From an uncultured Bacteroidia bacterium (GTDB taxonomy: Bacteria; Bacteroidota; Bacteroidia; NS11-12g; UBA9320): DNA of 64,000 nt. Both the position numbers and the translations under genes were made by a program. Shown here one piece after another: positions 18,253-27,877 of this stretch. The stretch lies in NCBI GenBank assembly GCA_943789165.1, contig CALSTB010000005.1:56398-120397 (forward strand). The letters are read 5' to 3'. The notes under the pieces are model-generated. The model saw only the letters and a list, made by a program, of their open reading frames with translations, had not been told where the DNA came from and searched no databases. The number at the start of each line of letters is the position of its first letter. The stretch's first letter is position 1.

Positions 18253-19164
18253 TTAAGTCTTGTTTATACCCTCTTCGTACTGACTACGATTCGAAGGGTC
18301 CATCTTACTCAACAATTCAATTACTTTGTTTTTGATAGTTGGAGAGGCTTGGTTAAACACCTGGATAAGTTCTTCCGTTTTAGAGTTGAAGAACAGTTTT
18401 AACAAAAACGCGTTTGGTAAAGCGTCATACACCAACTTTAAATCTTTAACACTTTGGTAGATTTCATTTCTACCAGCTTCAATGTCAGTCGACATGACGT
18501 CTAACCCTTTAATGTGATACCGATACAACGCTGAACGCAAAGGTTTAAAACGTGGATCTAAGATGTTGTCGATTAAAAAATACTTGTTCCGACTCCCGTT
18601 TCCAGCATTTGACTGCCAGCCACCGGCTTGTTGGGTTCCAATATTGGCAACGTCGCGAATGTTAAGCGCTTTTGCGAAATATGGATCACCACCGTTTAAT
18701 TGATAGGTATCAAAGTCCAATCCAATGATGATGTTGGCATAAAACGCCAAAAGGCTAGTTAAGTTAGAAGTGTATGAGTTTTCTTGAAATTCAAGTGACT
18801 GAAATTGTGCATAGGTAAACACCACTGCATTGTCGAGGTAACTGAACACCTTCGTATTATAAGATGAGTTGTATACGGTCCGACTACTTTGAATATTGAT
18901 GTTGGCTTGAATCTGGTCGATTTCAAACTTCGTTACTTCAAAAACGATGTTGCAATTAATTTTTTCATTTGCCGCAACAGTTCCTGTTACCCATTTTCTA
19001 TTGTTCATGAACTGGACAATAGAGTTTTTTAAGTCGTCGAAGATTTGTTTGTTCGTTACTTGTACCTGACTGGTAATGACATCCACAGTGCAATTCAGGT
19101 CTTGAGCAAAGGCCCCAATACCCGAGAAAATAAAGGTCAAAAGGATGAGAAGGGTTTTCTTCAT
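18253..19164 (-). CDS. Secreted hypothetical protein (DUF4835-like, conserved next to coaBC in Bacteroidetes)
   Basis: Signal peptide MKKTLLILLTFIFSGIGAFAQ. The family assignment is tentative. Confidence 0.35.
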   Translation of the reverse strand: MKKTLLILLTFIFSGIGAFAQDLNCTVDVITSQVQVTNKQIFDDLKNSIVQFMNNRKWVTGTVAANEKINCNIVFEVTKFEIDQIQANINIQSSRTVYNSSYNTKVFSYLDNAVVFTYAQFQSLEFQENSYTSNLTSLLAFYANIIIGLDFDTYQLNGGDPYFAKALNIRDVANIGTQQAGGWQSNAGNGSRNKYFLIDNILDPRFKPLRSALYRYHIKGLDVMSTDIEAGRNEIYQSVKDLKLVYDALPNAFLLKLFFNSKTEELIQVFNQASPTIKNKVIELLSKMDPSNRSQYEEGINKT

Positions 19165-19167
19165 GAA

Positions 19168-20372
19168 TTATTTAATCAGTGTTTTGAGCTTATTTACAAT
19201 GTCAACAGCAACTTGTGTTTTACTCTTCAAGCCAAAAGTACAAATTTCACCTGTCTTGTCAATGGTTGTAATTTTGTTGGTATTGTGTCCAAAGCCTGCT
19301 CCGGCGTCTGATAAAGAATTTAATACAATCAAGTCTAGTTTTTTTCTTTCAAGTTTGCTTTTTGCGTTTTCAAGTTCGTTGTCTGTTTCCAACGCAAACC
19401 CGATCAACACTTGAGATTCAGTCTTTAATTGACCTAATTCAGCAAGTGTATCTGGTGTCTTAACGAGTTCTAAGTCCAACGTATTGGATGTCTTTTTAAT
19501 CTTTGTGTCAGTTTTCGTTTTTGGTGTAAAATCTGCCACTGCAGCAGACAATATTGCTGCGTTGCAAGATGGAAACAGGGCAACACAGGTGTCCCTCATT
19601 TCCTGGGCTGTTTGTACGCGAGTAACTGAAACATGATTGTGAAACTGGAAAGCCGTTGAAGTCGGTCCCAGTACCAAGGCAACGTCCGCACCTCTTTTGG
19701 CTAACTCATTGGCGATTGCAACGCCCATTTTGCCAGTACTTCGATTCCCAATGTACCGAACAGGATCAATGGGCTCATGCGTGGGTCCGGCGTTAACTAA
19801 TATCTTTTTTTTTTGAAGGTCTTTTGTCGCGCTAAAATAATCCTCAATAAAGCTGTGGATAATTTCAGGTTCTGCCATTCTGCCGTTTCCTACCAATCCA
19901 CTGGCCAATTCACCATGGGCAAATGGAATTACTTGAACGCCGTCGTTTTCAAGTTGTGATATATTCCGCAAGAGACTTGGATGTTCGGCCATGTCGAGAT
20001 CCATAGCAGGCGCTATGGCTACTTGGTTTTTGGCTGAGAAATAAGTGGCTAACAATAGGTTGTCGCAGATACCATTTGCCATTTTTAGCAATGGTATTGC
20101 TTGTTGCGGGAGCTATCAAAAACAAATCAGCCCACAGCGCAAGTTCTACGTGGTTCGACCAACTTCCTGATTCAGTATCAAAGAAATCACTGTAAACAGG
20201 GTGTTTTGGACAATGTAGAGAGTGTTAATGGACCAATAAAGGATTTGGCGGTTTCCGTCATAATGACTTTTACCTCAGCCCCAGCCTTTATCAAATTCCG
20301 GACAATATAAGCTACCTTATATGCCGCAATTCCTCCGCAAACACCAATAAGAATGTGCTTCTTATTCAACAT
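19168..20372 (-). pseudogene. coaBC: Bifunctional phosphopantothenoylcysteine decarboxylase / phosphopantothenate-cysteine ligase CoaBC, interrupted by two +1 indels in homopolymer runs
   Basis: The CoaC N-terminus (GVCGGIAAYKVAYIVRNLIKAGAEVKVIMTETAKSFIGPLTLSTLSK) is in one frame. YSDFFDTESGSWSNHVELALWADLFLIAPAT is in a second frame. MANGICDNLLLATY...CoaB is in a third. The junctions lie at CCC (approx. 20185) and AAAAA (approx. 20105). Confidence 0.85.
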
Positions 20373-20685
20373 CTTTTGAAGGGTTTCTGAAATACACTTG
20401 GCCGTTCAGAAATTCTTCAGTTGCCATTAACGTTGGCTTCGGTAAAGACTCGTAATATTTAGAGATTTCGATTTGCTCTCTGTTCTCAAATATTTCTTCT
20501 AAGTTGTCTGTGTCTGATGCGAATTCATCCAACTTTGCATTTAACTCCTCCTTTAATTGTGCAGAAAGTTGATTGGCTCTCTTACCAATAATGACAACAG
20601 ATTCATACAAGTTGCCTGTTGGTAGGTCCAATTCTCTTGTGTCTCTTGAAATCGTTGTGTTAGGTGCGTCGATGTGCTTGTTCAT
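20362..20685 (-). CDS. rpoZ: DNA-directed RNA polymerase omega subunit-like protein
   Basis: NLYESVVIIGKRANQLSAQLKEEL resembles the omega core motif. Length is 107 aa. It lies between bamD and coaBC, as in other Bacteroidetes. Confidence 0.5.
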   Translation of the reverse strand: MNKHIDAPNTTISRDTRELDLPTGNLYESVVIIGKRANQLSAQLKEELNAKLDEFASDTDNLEEIFENREQIEISKYYESLPKPTLMATEEFLNGQVYFRNPSKDVE

Positions 20686-20694
20686 ATCTCAAAT

Positions 20695-21516
20695 TTAATT
20701 GGGTGTCGCTTGAAGTTTAACAATTCTCTCTTCACTGTCAGATTGAATTTGCTTCACTTCTTTAACGTATTTATTGTCGGTGTAAATTGTTAAATATTCT
20801 TTTGCTTCTTCTACTGCGGTGCCAAATCTATCCTCTTGAAGCGTCTTAACACTTTGCTTTGCGTACAGGTAGGCCGACTTTACAATATAGAAATCCACTA
20901 ATTCTTTGTTAGGGATGTCTGGAAAATCAATGGTTGCGTTTTTAAACGAAGTATAAGCCGATAGGTATGATTCCATATTGTAATACAGCATGGCCGTATT
21001 AAAGGCTTTTTCATGAAGTCTTGCACGCAATTCGTCAATCAACTTGTTGCCCGTTTCTACAGAACTACTTTTAGGATATCGATTGATAAACAATTGTATC
21101 GCCTCTATCGCTTTTTTCGTATTGGTTTGGTCAAGTTCAGCAACCAAGGTTTTTTCAAACTCACAGCGGGCAATCATAAATGCCGCTTGCTCGTGGTATT
21201 TACTTTGCGGATATCGTTCAGCAAAGTTTTGAAAATGATACCCTGCTAGCGCATAGTCATTCATGCCGAAATGTGTGTAGGAGTAAAGGAAATACACCTC
21301 TTCTGCATCACCTCCTCGACTAAACTTTCCAATGAGTTGCTCCAACATGATTTGCGCTCTCGCATAATCACCTTTGTTGTAATACTTTCTGGCAGTTTCT
21401 AACTTCTGCTCAAGCGTACCTTTTTTTAACACCTTCTGGTATTCGCAACCAGTGGTTAAACTAAAGCATAAAAGTGTGAATATGATTAGGCGTGCGCTCA
21501 TTTTAAAAGTCTGCAA
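20695..21516 (-). CDS. bamD: Outer membrane protein assembly factor BamD (TPR lipoprotein)
   Basis: Lipobox LTTGC. TPR-like repeats (YYNKGDYARAQ..., YHFQNFAERYPQSKY). Length is 273 aa. Confidence 0.8.
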   Translation of the reverse strand: MQTFKMSARLIIFTLLCFSLTTGCEYQKVLKKGTLEQKLETARKYYNKGDYARAQIMLEQLIGKFSRGGDAEEVYFLYSYTHFGMNDYALAGYHFQNFAERYPQSKYHEQAAFMIARCEFEKTLVAELDQTNTKKAIEAIQLFINRYPKSSSVETGNKLIDELRARLHEKAFNTAMLYYNMESYLSAYTSFKNATIDFPDIPNKELVDFYIVKSAYLYAKQSVKTLQEDRFGTAVEEAKEYLTIYTDNKYVKEVKQIQSDSEERIVKLQATPN

Positions 21517-21726
21517 AGATAAATTTTAATTCAGGTAATACAATACTTTAAACGGTATTAGAAGCCATTTGTTACACGCTAATATTCACAGCCTTAACAT
21601 ATCTTAGAAAAAACTGATTTATTATAGTTACGTCTGGTCTTGTGACGCGCTGATAGACTCTATTTTCGGCGGATTATTTATGCGTAAACTATGCAACGAC
21701 TTTAGTGACAATTTCACCCCTTTTCG

Positions 21727-21734
21727 TACTTTTG
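21727..21734 (+). promoter_or_regulatory. TACTTTTG -7 element 22 bp upstream of the alpha-oxoamine synthase gene
   Basis: gTACTTTTGcgc; the same 11-mer TACTTTTGCGC also occurs at 55730. Confidence 0.35.
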
Positions 21735-21756
21735 CGCAAATATTTACTGATAATAA

Positions 21757-23007
21757 ATGGATCTATTCGAAAAATTGACATCAAACATGGGACCGTTGGC
21801 ACTCCATGCAGATGCAGCTAAGGGGTATTACACGTTTCCAAAACTAGAAGGTGAAATTTCTCCAAGAATGATGTTTAATGGTAAGGAGCGCTTAACCTGG
21901 AGTTTGAACAACTACCTAGGATTGGCGAACCATCCAGAAGTGCGTAAAGCAGACGCGGATGCAGCTGCAGCATACGGTTTAGCTTACCCAATGGGTGCTA
22001 GAATGATGTCGGGAAACAGCTCGAATCATGAACTTTTGGAAGAAGAACTGAGCAAATTTGTTCAGAAAGAAGATACCATGCTTTTGAACTTCGGTTACCA
22101 AGGTGTGTTGTCGATTATTGATGCAATTGTAGACCGTCACGACGTAATTGTGTACGATGCCGAATCACACGCTTGTATTATTGACGGTGTTCGTTTACAT
22201 CAAGGAAAAAGATTCGTTTACGCGCATAATGATCTTGAAAACTTAGAAAAACAACTTGGAAGAGCTACCAAGCTTGCTGAAAAAACAGGTGGTGCAATTC
22301 TATTGATTACTGAAGGTGTTTTCGGAATGTCTGGAAACCAAGGAGATCTTAAAGGAATTGTAGCACTGAAGAAAAAATACAATTTTAGAATTTTTGTTGA
22401 CGACGCTCACGGATTCGGTACTCTTGGTAAAACGGGTGCTGGTGCTGGTGAAGAGCAAGGCGTACAAGACGAAATCGATTTGTACTTCTCGACTTTTGCT
22501 AAATCTATGGCGAGCATCGGGGCATTTGTAAGTGGCGACAAAAAAATCATCGATTATTTACGATACAATACGCGTTCTCAAATCTTCGCTAAATCACTGC
22601 CAATGCCGTTGGTGATTGGTGCGTTAAAGCGACTTGAGTTGTTAAGAACCAAGCCAGAAATTAAAGACAATTTATGGAAGGTCGTTGACGCTTTACAAGG
22701 TGGTTTGCGTAAAGAAGGGTTTAATATTGGTACGACAAAGTCGTGCGTAACGCCAGTAATTTTAAACGGAACTGTCGAAGAAGCATTGCACTTGATTCAC
22801 GATTTACGTGAGAACTATATGATTTTCTGTTCAATCGTTGTGTATCCTGTGGTACCAAAAGGCATCATCATGCTGCGATTGATCCCAACTGCCGCACATT
22901 CATTGGCGGACGTAGAAGAAACCATCATTGCGTTTGGAGCAATCAAAGAAAAACTAGCAAACGGAGAATATCAAAAACACGAAGTGGCAGACTTGTCGCT
23001 CGGATAA
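21757..23007 (+). CDS. PLP-dependent alpha-oxoamine synthase family enzyme (8-amino-7-oxononanoate synthase / 2-amino-3-ketobutyrate CoA ligase / serine palmitoyltransferase-like)
   Basis: Class-II aminotransferase fold with the PLP lysine in FSTFAKSMAS. Also NYLGLANHPEV and DDAHGFG. Length is 416 aa. Confidence 0.85.
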   Translation: MDLFEKLTSNMGPLALHADAAKGYYTFPKLEGEISPRMMFNGKERLTWSLNNYLGLANHPEVRKADADAAAAYGLAYPMGARMMSGNSSNHELLEEELSKFVQKEDTMLLNFGYQGVLSIIDAIVDRHDVIVYDAESHACIIDGVRLHQGKRFVYAHNDLENLEKQLGRATKLAEKTGGAILLITEGVFGMSGNQGDLKGIVALKKKYNFRIFVDDAHGFGTLGKTGAGAGEEQGVQDEIDLYFSTFAKSMASIGAFVSGDKKIIDYLRYNTRSQIFAKSLPMPLVIGALKRLELLRTKPEIKDNLWKVVDALQGGLRKEGFNIGTTKSCVTPVILNGTVEEALHLIHDLRENYMIFCSIVVYPVVPKGIIMLRLIPTAAHSLADVEETIIAFGAIKEKLANGEYQKHEVADLSLG

Positions 23008-23030
23008 TCGTTTGAAACACATAGAGATTA

Positions 23031-23063
23031 GGCCTTGAACAATTTGTTCAGGGCCTTTTTTTT
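23031..23063 (+). terminator. Rho-independent terminator
   Basis: ggccttgaaca / tgttcagggcc stem (one mismatch) followed by TTTTTTTT. Confidence 0.7.
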
Positions 23064-23071
23064 GCATCAAA

Positions 23072-23926
23072 TTGAAAGATTGGTTTCTGTATACACTTAG
23101 AGAGCAAAAAGGCGTTGCGTTTTTAGTCCTCCTACTGTTCCTTTCGTTGGTCGCGAGGTTCTGGCCACTCCCAGAAATAGATCGCCACATTGAACTTGTG
23201 TATGCCGATGCAGATTCAATTAGTGAAATGCCTCCCTCATCCAAATTCTCCAATCAACGAAGAGAAATGCAACCACATACATGGACACTTCACAACTTTG
23301 ATATCAATTATGCCAAAGCAAAAGAACTAAGGCAAATGGGGTTTTCAAACGACTTTATCTCGCAATGGTTTTCGGTAAAACAGGAGGTTGGCTTTGTCAC
23401 GTCATGGGAGGAATTTGAAAAATTAGGATTGCTTTCTTATTCTGATGTTAAGAAGGTTAAACCGTATTTTGATTTTACTCGTTATGCTAAACGCGACACA
23501 CAGTTTACACCTCGAGAACAAAAAGTGATCCCAATGGTATTGCTCAATTCAGCCGATACTGGTGACCTCAAACAACTCCCTGGCATTGGTACGGCTTATT
23601 CCAAGCGCATAGTTTCGTATCGCGACAAGCTTGGTGGTTTTTACCACATCGACCAACTGTTGGAAGTGTATGGAGTGGACAGTCAACTGCTGGCTAAGAT
23701 TGTGCCTTACCTGAAAATAGATGCGGTTTATCACAAATTAGATATGAATACAGCCTCTAAGGAAGACTTGCGTTTGCATCCATACATCAACTACAAACAA
23801 GCCAACGCCATTGTGGCGTATCGCGCGCAGCACGGGAGTTTTAATCGGTTGGAAGAGTTGCTGCAGGTATACGTATTAGACCAAGAATGGCTAACGAAAG
23901 TGCAACCGTATTTGTTCGTGAATTAA
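23072..23926 (+). CDS. ComEA-like protein with two helix-hairpin-helix DNA-binding domains
   Basis: TTG start. N-terminal TM segment. Two HhH_3 motifs: LKQLPGIGTAYSKRIVSYR and LRLHPYINYKQANAIVAYRAQHGSF. Confidence 0.7.
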   Translation: MKDWFLYTLREQKGVAFLVLLLFLSLVARFWPLPEIDRHIELVYADADSISEMPPSSKFSNQRREMQPHTWTLHNFDINYAKAKELRQMGFSNDFISQWFSVKQEVGFVTSWEEFEKLGLLSYSDVKKVKPYFDFTRYAKRDTQFTPREQKVIPMVLLNSADTGDLKQLPGIGTAYSKRIVSYRDKLGGFYHIDQLLEVYGVDSQLLAKIVPYLKIDAVYHKLDMNTASKEDLRLHPYINYKQANAIVAYRAQHGSFNRLEELLQVYVLDQEWLTKVQPYLFVN

Positions 23927-24966
23927 GGTTTGTAACCCGACTCACGCAAGATCTTGTCATGGTCAATATCTGCTAACAATTGAGCCAAACTTACATCAGG
24001 ATGTTTGTCCATATACAACCGAATGATCTGCCATCCAGCCCACACAGCAATCTTGGCTGGAGCTTCTTGAGGTACATTCACACCTTTCGAAAACGGTGCT
24101 TCTACTAATACGCCAGAGTATGCTCTTATGTCAGTATTATAAAGCAATTCCTGATCGATTAAATGTGTCCAAATCTGAGGTTCGTTATTTTTACACCACT
24201 CGATTTTTCCTTTGTCGTACCCAATTTTTAAGGAATCTGCAGTCTCAGGTAAAAGGCAATCCATGGCATACAATACCTTGCCCTGGTAAATCATTGCATC
24301 GAGCAAACGCTGACCTTTCGATTCGTCAGGGAATTCGGTTTCAATCCAACCTCTAATAGCATTTGGTACCATGAATTCTTTACGGAAACGCTTGATAATG
24401 AAATTGGGAAATTGCAAATCTGGCGTTTGATAAGGTGTGAATTGTTCTCCCAAATACATATCCAAACAGATTCCTAGTGCATGCTGACTGGAGATTACTT
24501 GACTTCTGAAGGGCGTTACAACAGTGTATACCTTAGGTATTAATTTCTCGGGGAAGTAATAATGGTAATAAGAAAATGCCTCGCTTAACTCTGTATTTAA
24601 AAAGTCCAAATCAGGATAAATGGAATCAACCGTTTTGTACAGATGAATCATATCTGGAAACGTGACAAATTTGATAAGTCCTTCAGCACTTTCGTCGGCC
24701 GAGACAAAACCATCACGGGTTTCTGTACCCATAATGCCTCTTTTGAAATCGAGAATAAAAACGGAATCTAGTTTGTCAAGATTTTGATAATCTTCAGTGT
24801 TTCGAATGGCGAAAATGTCGTCTTCGAGTCGTTCGACTTTAATTTCGACTTCAGATCCGCTTATATCCACCTTGAATTTGTTTGAATCTTTACAGCCGTA
24901 AAAGCCTAAAACGATTATTAGAAATGAGCACTGGATTAACGGGATTATTCTCGTTTTTTTTACCAT
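23923..24966 (-). CDS. gldB: Gliding motility lipoprotein GldB
   Basis: Lipoprotein signal MVKKTRIIPLIQCSFLIIVLGFYGC. The C-terminal region AKIAVWAGWQIIRLYMDKHPDVSLAQLL...ESGYKP aligns with the F. johnsoniae GldB C-terminus. nadE is adjacent, as in F. johnsoniae. Confidence 0.7.
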   Translation of the reverse strand: MVKKTRIIPLIQCSFLIIVLGFYGCKDSNKFKVDISGSEVEIKVERLEDDIFAIRNTEDYQNLDKLDSVFILDFKRGIMGTETRDGFVSADESAEGLIKFVTFPDMIHLYKTVDSIYPDLDFLNTELSEAFSYYHYYFPEKLIPKVYTVVTPFRSQVISSQHALGICLDMYLGEQFTPYQTPDLQFPNFIIKRFRKEFMVPNAIRGWIETEFPDESKGQRLLDAMIYQGKVLYAMDCLLPETADSLKIGYDKGKIEWCKNNEPQIWTHLIDQELLYNTDIRAYSGVLVEAPFSKGVNVPQEAPAKIAVWAGWQIIRLYMDKHPDVSLAQLLADIDHDKILRESGYKP

Positions 24967-24995
24967 TTTTGTCGTAACATTATAATTGCAAAAGT

Positions 24996-25727
24996 ATGAA
25001 CTTGAAATCAATAGCCACCACAGCATTAGCGGTATTGTTATTTGGTATTTCTTATAACGCTAACGCACAAGATCAGCGTTTTCGCATAGGAATGAAATTT
25101 TCTGGAAACTTGTCATGGATTTCACCTGTGACTAAAAATATTGATAAAGTAGGCACCTCTGGAGGTTACAGCTATGGTATTATGGGAGATTATAATTTTC
25201 AAAAATATTATGCATTGAGTGCAGAACTTCTGTTAACAGACATATCAGGTAGCATTGTACATACAGATTTATTGAAACATACCGATACGGCGAATGGAAC
25301 GACCAGTCACAGTAACGTGCAATACGATTACAGAACAACTTATGTTCAACTACCTATTTCCTTCAAATATAAAACAAAAGAATTTGGGTATTGGACGTAC
25401 TGGGCACAATTTGGTACGGCACCGTCATTTTTGACGAGCGCACGTGCAGACATAACAGGGAATACAGTTCCATTCGAAGACCCAACCGAAATCCGTGTAA
25501 ACAAATCGGCGAATGACGATTACCACTATGACAATTTTGACGATAAAGTATTCTTATTAAGAATGCCTTTAATTATTGGGGCTGGTGTAGAGTATTCGTT
25601 GGCTGGAAATACATCTTTATACGCAGGTCTTAGAATGGATAACGACTTTATCGACATGTTCACAGCAGATAAATCGACCATCGGTAAAAACAAATTTGCA
25701 AGCTTAAACATTGGTATCTTCTTTTAA
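24996..25727 (+). CDS. Outer membrane beta-barrel protein (PorT/OMP_b-brl_2-like)
   Basis: Signal peptide ...YNANAQ, alternating beta-strand pattern, C-terminal NIGIFF. Confidence 0.6.
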   Translation: MNLKSIATTALAVLLFGISYNANAQDQRFRIGMKFSGNLSWISPVTKNIDKVGTSGGYSYGIMGDYNFQKYYALSAELLLTDISGSIVHTDLLKHTDTANGTTSHSNVQYDYRTTYVQLPISFKYKTKEFGYWTYWAQFGTAPSFLTSARADITGNTVPFEDPTEIRVNKSANDDYHYDNFDDKVFLLRMPLIIGAGVEYSLAGNTSLYAGLRMDNDFIDMFTADKSTIGKNKFASLNIGIFF

Positions 25728-25744
25728 TCAGATACCAATCCACG

Positions 25745-27382
25745 ATGAAAATTGTCTTATCTCAACTTAATTACACCATTGGCGACCTCAGTGGTAACAT
25801 TCAAAAAATGGCCAATCATATCGAAAAGGCCAAGGCAGATGGTGCCGATTTAGTTGTCTTTTCTGAGTTAAGTTTATGCGGTTATATTCCTAAAGACAAA
25901 CTCAATTACGAAAGCTTTATTCAGCGGTGTTACAACGCACTAACCGAGCTGGCTTCACACACTAAAGGCATTGCCATTGTGGTTGGGATGCCAACACGAA
26001 GCAACCTTTCCAAAGGTAAGAAGCTGTATAACTCAGCCGTGTTTGTGGCAAATGGTGTCATCGAGTCCGAAATTCACAAAACGCTTTTACCAACATACGA
26101 TGTTTTTGACGAGTATCGCTATTTTGAACCAAATACCAACTTCGAGTTGGTCACCTATAAAGGCATCAAAATAGCCATCACAATCTGTGAAGACTTATGG
26201 AATTTGGATGATCCCAAATTGTACCCAACAACTCCAATGGATGAGTTGAAAAAATTGAATCCAGATTTAATGGTGAACATTTCTGGTTCTCCTTACAGCT
26301 ACAACCACGTCGAAGAACGGAAGAATCGGATGGTTGATAATGCAAAGAATTATAAGCTCCCGCTCGTGTATGTGAATCAAATTGGAGCGCATACAGATAT
26401 CTTGTTTGATGGTGGGTCAATGTTCATCAACCAAACAGGCGAAATAGCAGAAGAATTAAAGTATTTCGAAGAAGACTATCGTTGTATTGATTGGTCGAAA
26501 GACGCTGTGTACAAAGACAATAGTCTGGATTACAAAGACGAAGACATTGAATTAATTCATGATGCCCTTGTGATGGGCATTAAAGATTACTTCGGGAAAA
26601 TGGGCTTCAAAAAGGCGATGTTGGGATCCTCCGGAGGAATTGACTCAGCTGTAATAAATGCCTTGGCTGTTGAGGCCCTAGGTGCAGAAAATGTACTGGC
26701 AGTTTTATTGCCATCGAAATATTCGTCAGAAGGTTCGGTTGTGGATGCAGAAGCGCTGGCAAAAAACTTGGGTTGTCCGTATAAAACCATTTCCATAGAA
26801 GACATGGTTAGTTCTGTTGAACAGACCCTAGAACCCCATTTTGAGGGATATGCGCCAGACGTAACCGAAGAAAACATTCAAGCAAGAAGCCGAGGATTAC
26901 TCTTAATGGCACTGAGTAATAAATTCGGAAGCATGGTGCTCAATACAAGCAATAAAAGCGAAACTGCCGTTGGATACGCGACGCTTTATGGCGATATGTG
27001 TGGTGGACTATCAGCCATTGGTGACTTGTATAAAATGCAGGTATACGAAATGGCAAGGTACATCAATCGAAATGGTGAAATCATTCCTGAAGCAATCATA
27101 AACAAAGCACCTTCAGCGGAACTGCGTTTCGACCAAAAAGACAGTGACTCATTACCACCTTACGAACTGCTTGATAAGATTCTAAGCTTGTATATCGAGC
27201 AACAAAAAGGATGGGAAGAGATTGTCGGAGAAGGTTATGATGAACACACCGTACGACGTGTAATCAAGCTTGTCGACCGCAATGAATACAAACGTTTTCA
27301 GGCGGCACCAATACTCCGCATTTCGAATCTAGCCTTTGGTATTGGCAGACAAATGCCGTTGGTGGCGAAGTATTACAACTAA
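25745..27382 (+). CDS. nadE: Glutamine-dependent NAD+ synthetase NadE (nitrilase domain + NAD synthase domain)
   Basis: The N-terminal CN-hydrolase domain has Cys in FSELSLCGY. The PP-loop is GSSGGIDSAV. Length is 545 aa. Confidence 0.95.
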   Translation: MKIVLSQLNYTIGDLSGNIQKMANHIEKAKADGADLVVFSELSLCGYIPKDKLNYESFIQRCYNALTELASHTKGIAIVVGMPTRSNLSKGKKLYNSAVFVANGVIESEIHKTLLPTYDVFDEYRYFEPNTNFELVTYKGIKIAITICEDLWNLDDPKLYPTTPMDELKKLNPDLMVNISGSPYSYNHVEERKNRMVDNAKNYKLPLVYVNQIGAHTDILFDGGSMFINQTGEIAEELKYFEEDYRCIDWSKDAVYKDNSLDYKDEDIELIHDALVMGIKDYFGKMGFKKAMLGSSGGIDSAVINALAVEALGAENVLAVLLPSKYSSEGSVVDAEALAKNLGCPYKTISIEDMVSSVEQTLEPHFEGYAPDVTEENIQARSRGLLLMALSNKFGSMVLNTSNKSETAVGYATLYGDMCGGLSAIGDLYKMQVYEMARYINRNGEIIPEAIINKAPSAELRFDQKDSDSLPPYELLDKILSLYIEQQKGWEEIVGEGYDEHTVRRVIKLVDRNEYKRFQAAPILRISNLAFGIGRQMPLVAKYYN

Positions 27383-27439
27383 GTTGTTCAATAGATGATT
27401 GCATCTCAACGTTAGGTGGATTCAATATTCAAATGGATA

Positions 27440-27875
27440 AAGGATAATTGATATTTGATAATCCAATTGATGTCTGATATGAAACTTGATGGACCTGTTC
27501 AAATAAAAAGCCTAGAGTATGCTATCGATATTGTCATATTGTATAAAGACTTGGACTTAAAAAGGGAGTGGATAATGTCTAAACAATTACTGAGGTCTGG
27601 TACTGCTATCGGGGCATTGGTGGTAGAATCTGAGCATGCAGAGAGTAAAAAGGATTTTGTGCACAAGCTTTCAATTGCGCTAAAAGAAGCAAATGAAACC
27701 AGTTATTGGTTAATGTTGTTGTATAAGACAGACTATTTGGCAAAGCGCGATTTCTCAAAGCATAACAATAAGGTGGACGAACTGAAGCGATTGCTTATTT
27801 CGAGTATAAAAACGACTAAGGAGCGGTATCTTAAATAAGGAATTGTCAATTATCATTTATCAAATATCAATTAGA
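27440..27875. mobile_element. IVS-like cassette: four-helix-bundle protein gene bracketed by inverted TTGATAW heptamer arrays
   Basis: Upstream is gataattgatatttgataatcc (27443-27465). Downstream is aattgtcaattatcatttatcaaatatcaattag (27841-27874), whose reverse complement is taattgatatttgataaatgataattgacaatt. Confidence 0.5.
27455..27838 (+). CDS. Four-helix bundle protein (TIGR02436, 23S rRNA intervening-sequence protein family)
   Basis: The LEYAIDIVILYKDLDLKRE...SGTAIGALVVESEHAESKKDFVHKLSIALKEANETSYWLMLL pattern matches the family. Confidence 0.7.
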   Translation: MIIQLMSDMKLDGPVQIKSLEYAIDIVILYKDLDLKREWIMSKQLLRSGTAIGALVVESEHAESKKDFVHKLSIALKEANETSYWLMLLYKTDYLAKRDFSKHNNKVDELKRLLISSIKTTKERYLK

Positions 27876-27877
27876 AA

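Noticed and set aside
20140-20165. tRNA T-arm-like string tggttcgacc
   Set aside because: It lies inside the coaBC coding region (encoding ...SNHVEL...) and has no acceptor or anticodon arm context. No tRNA genes were found in any intergenic region of the window.
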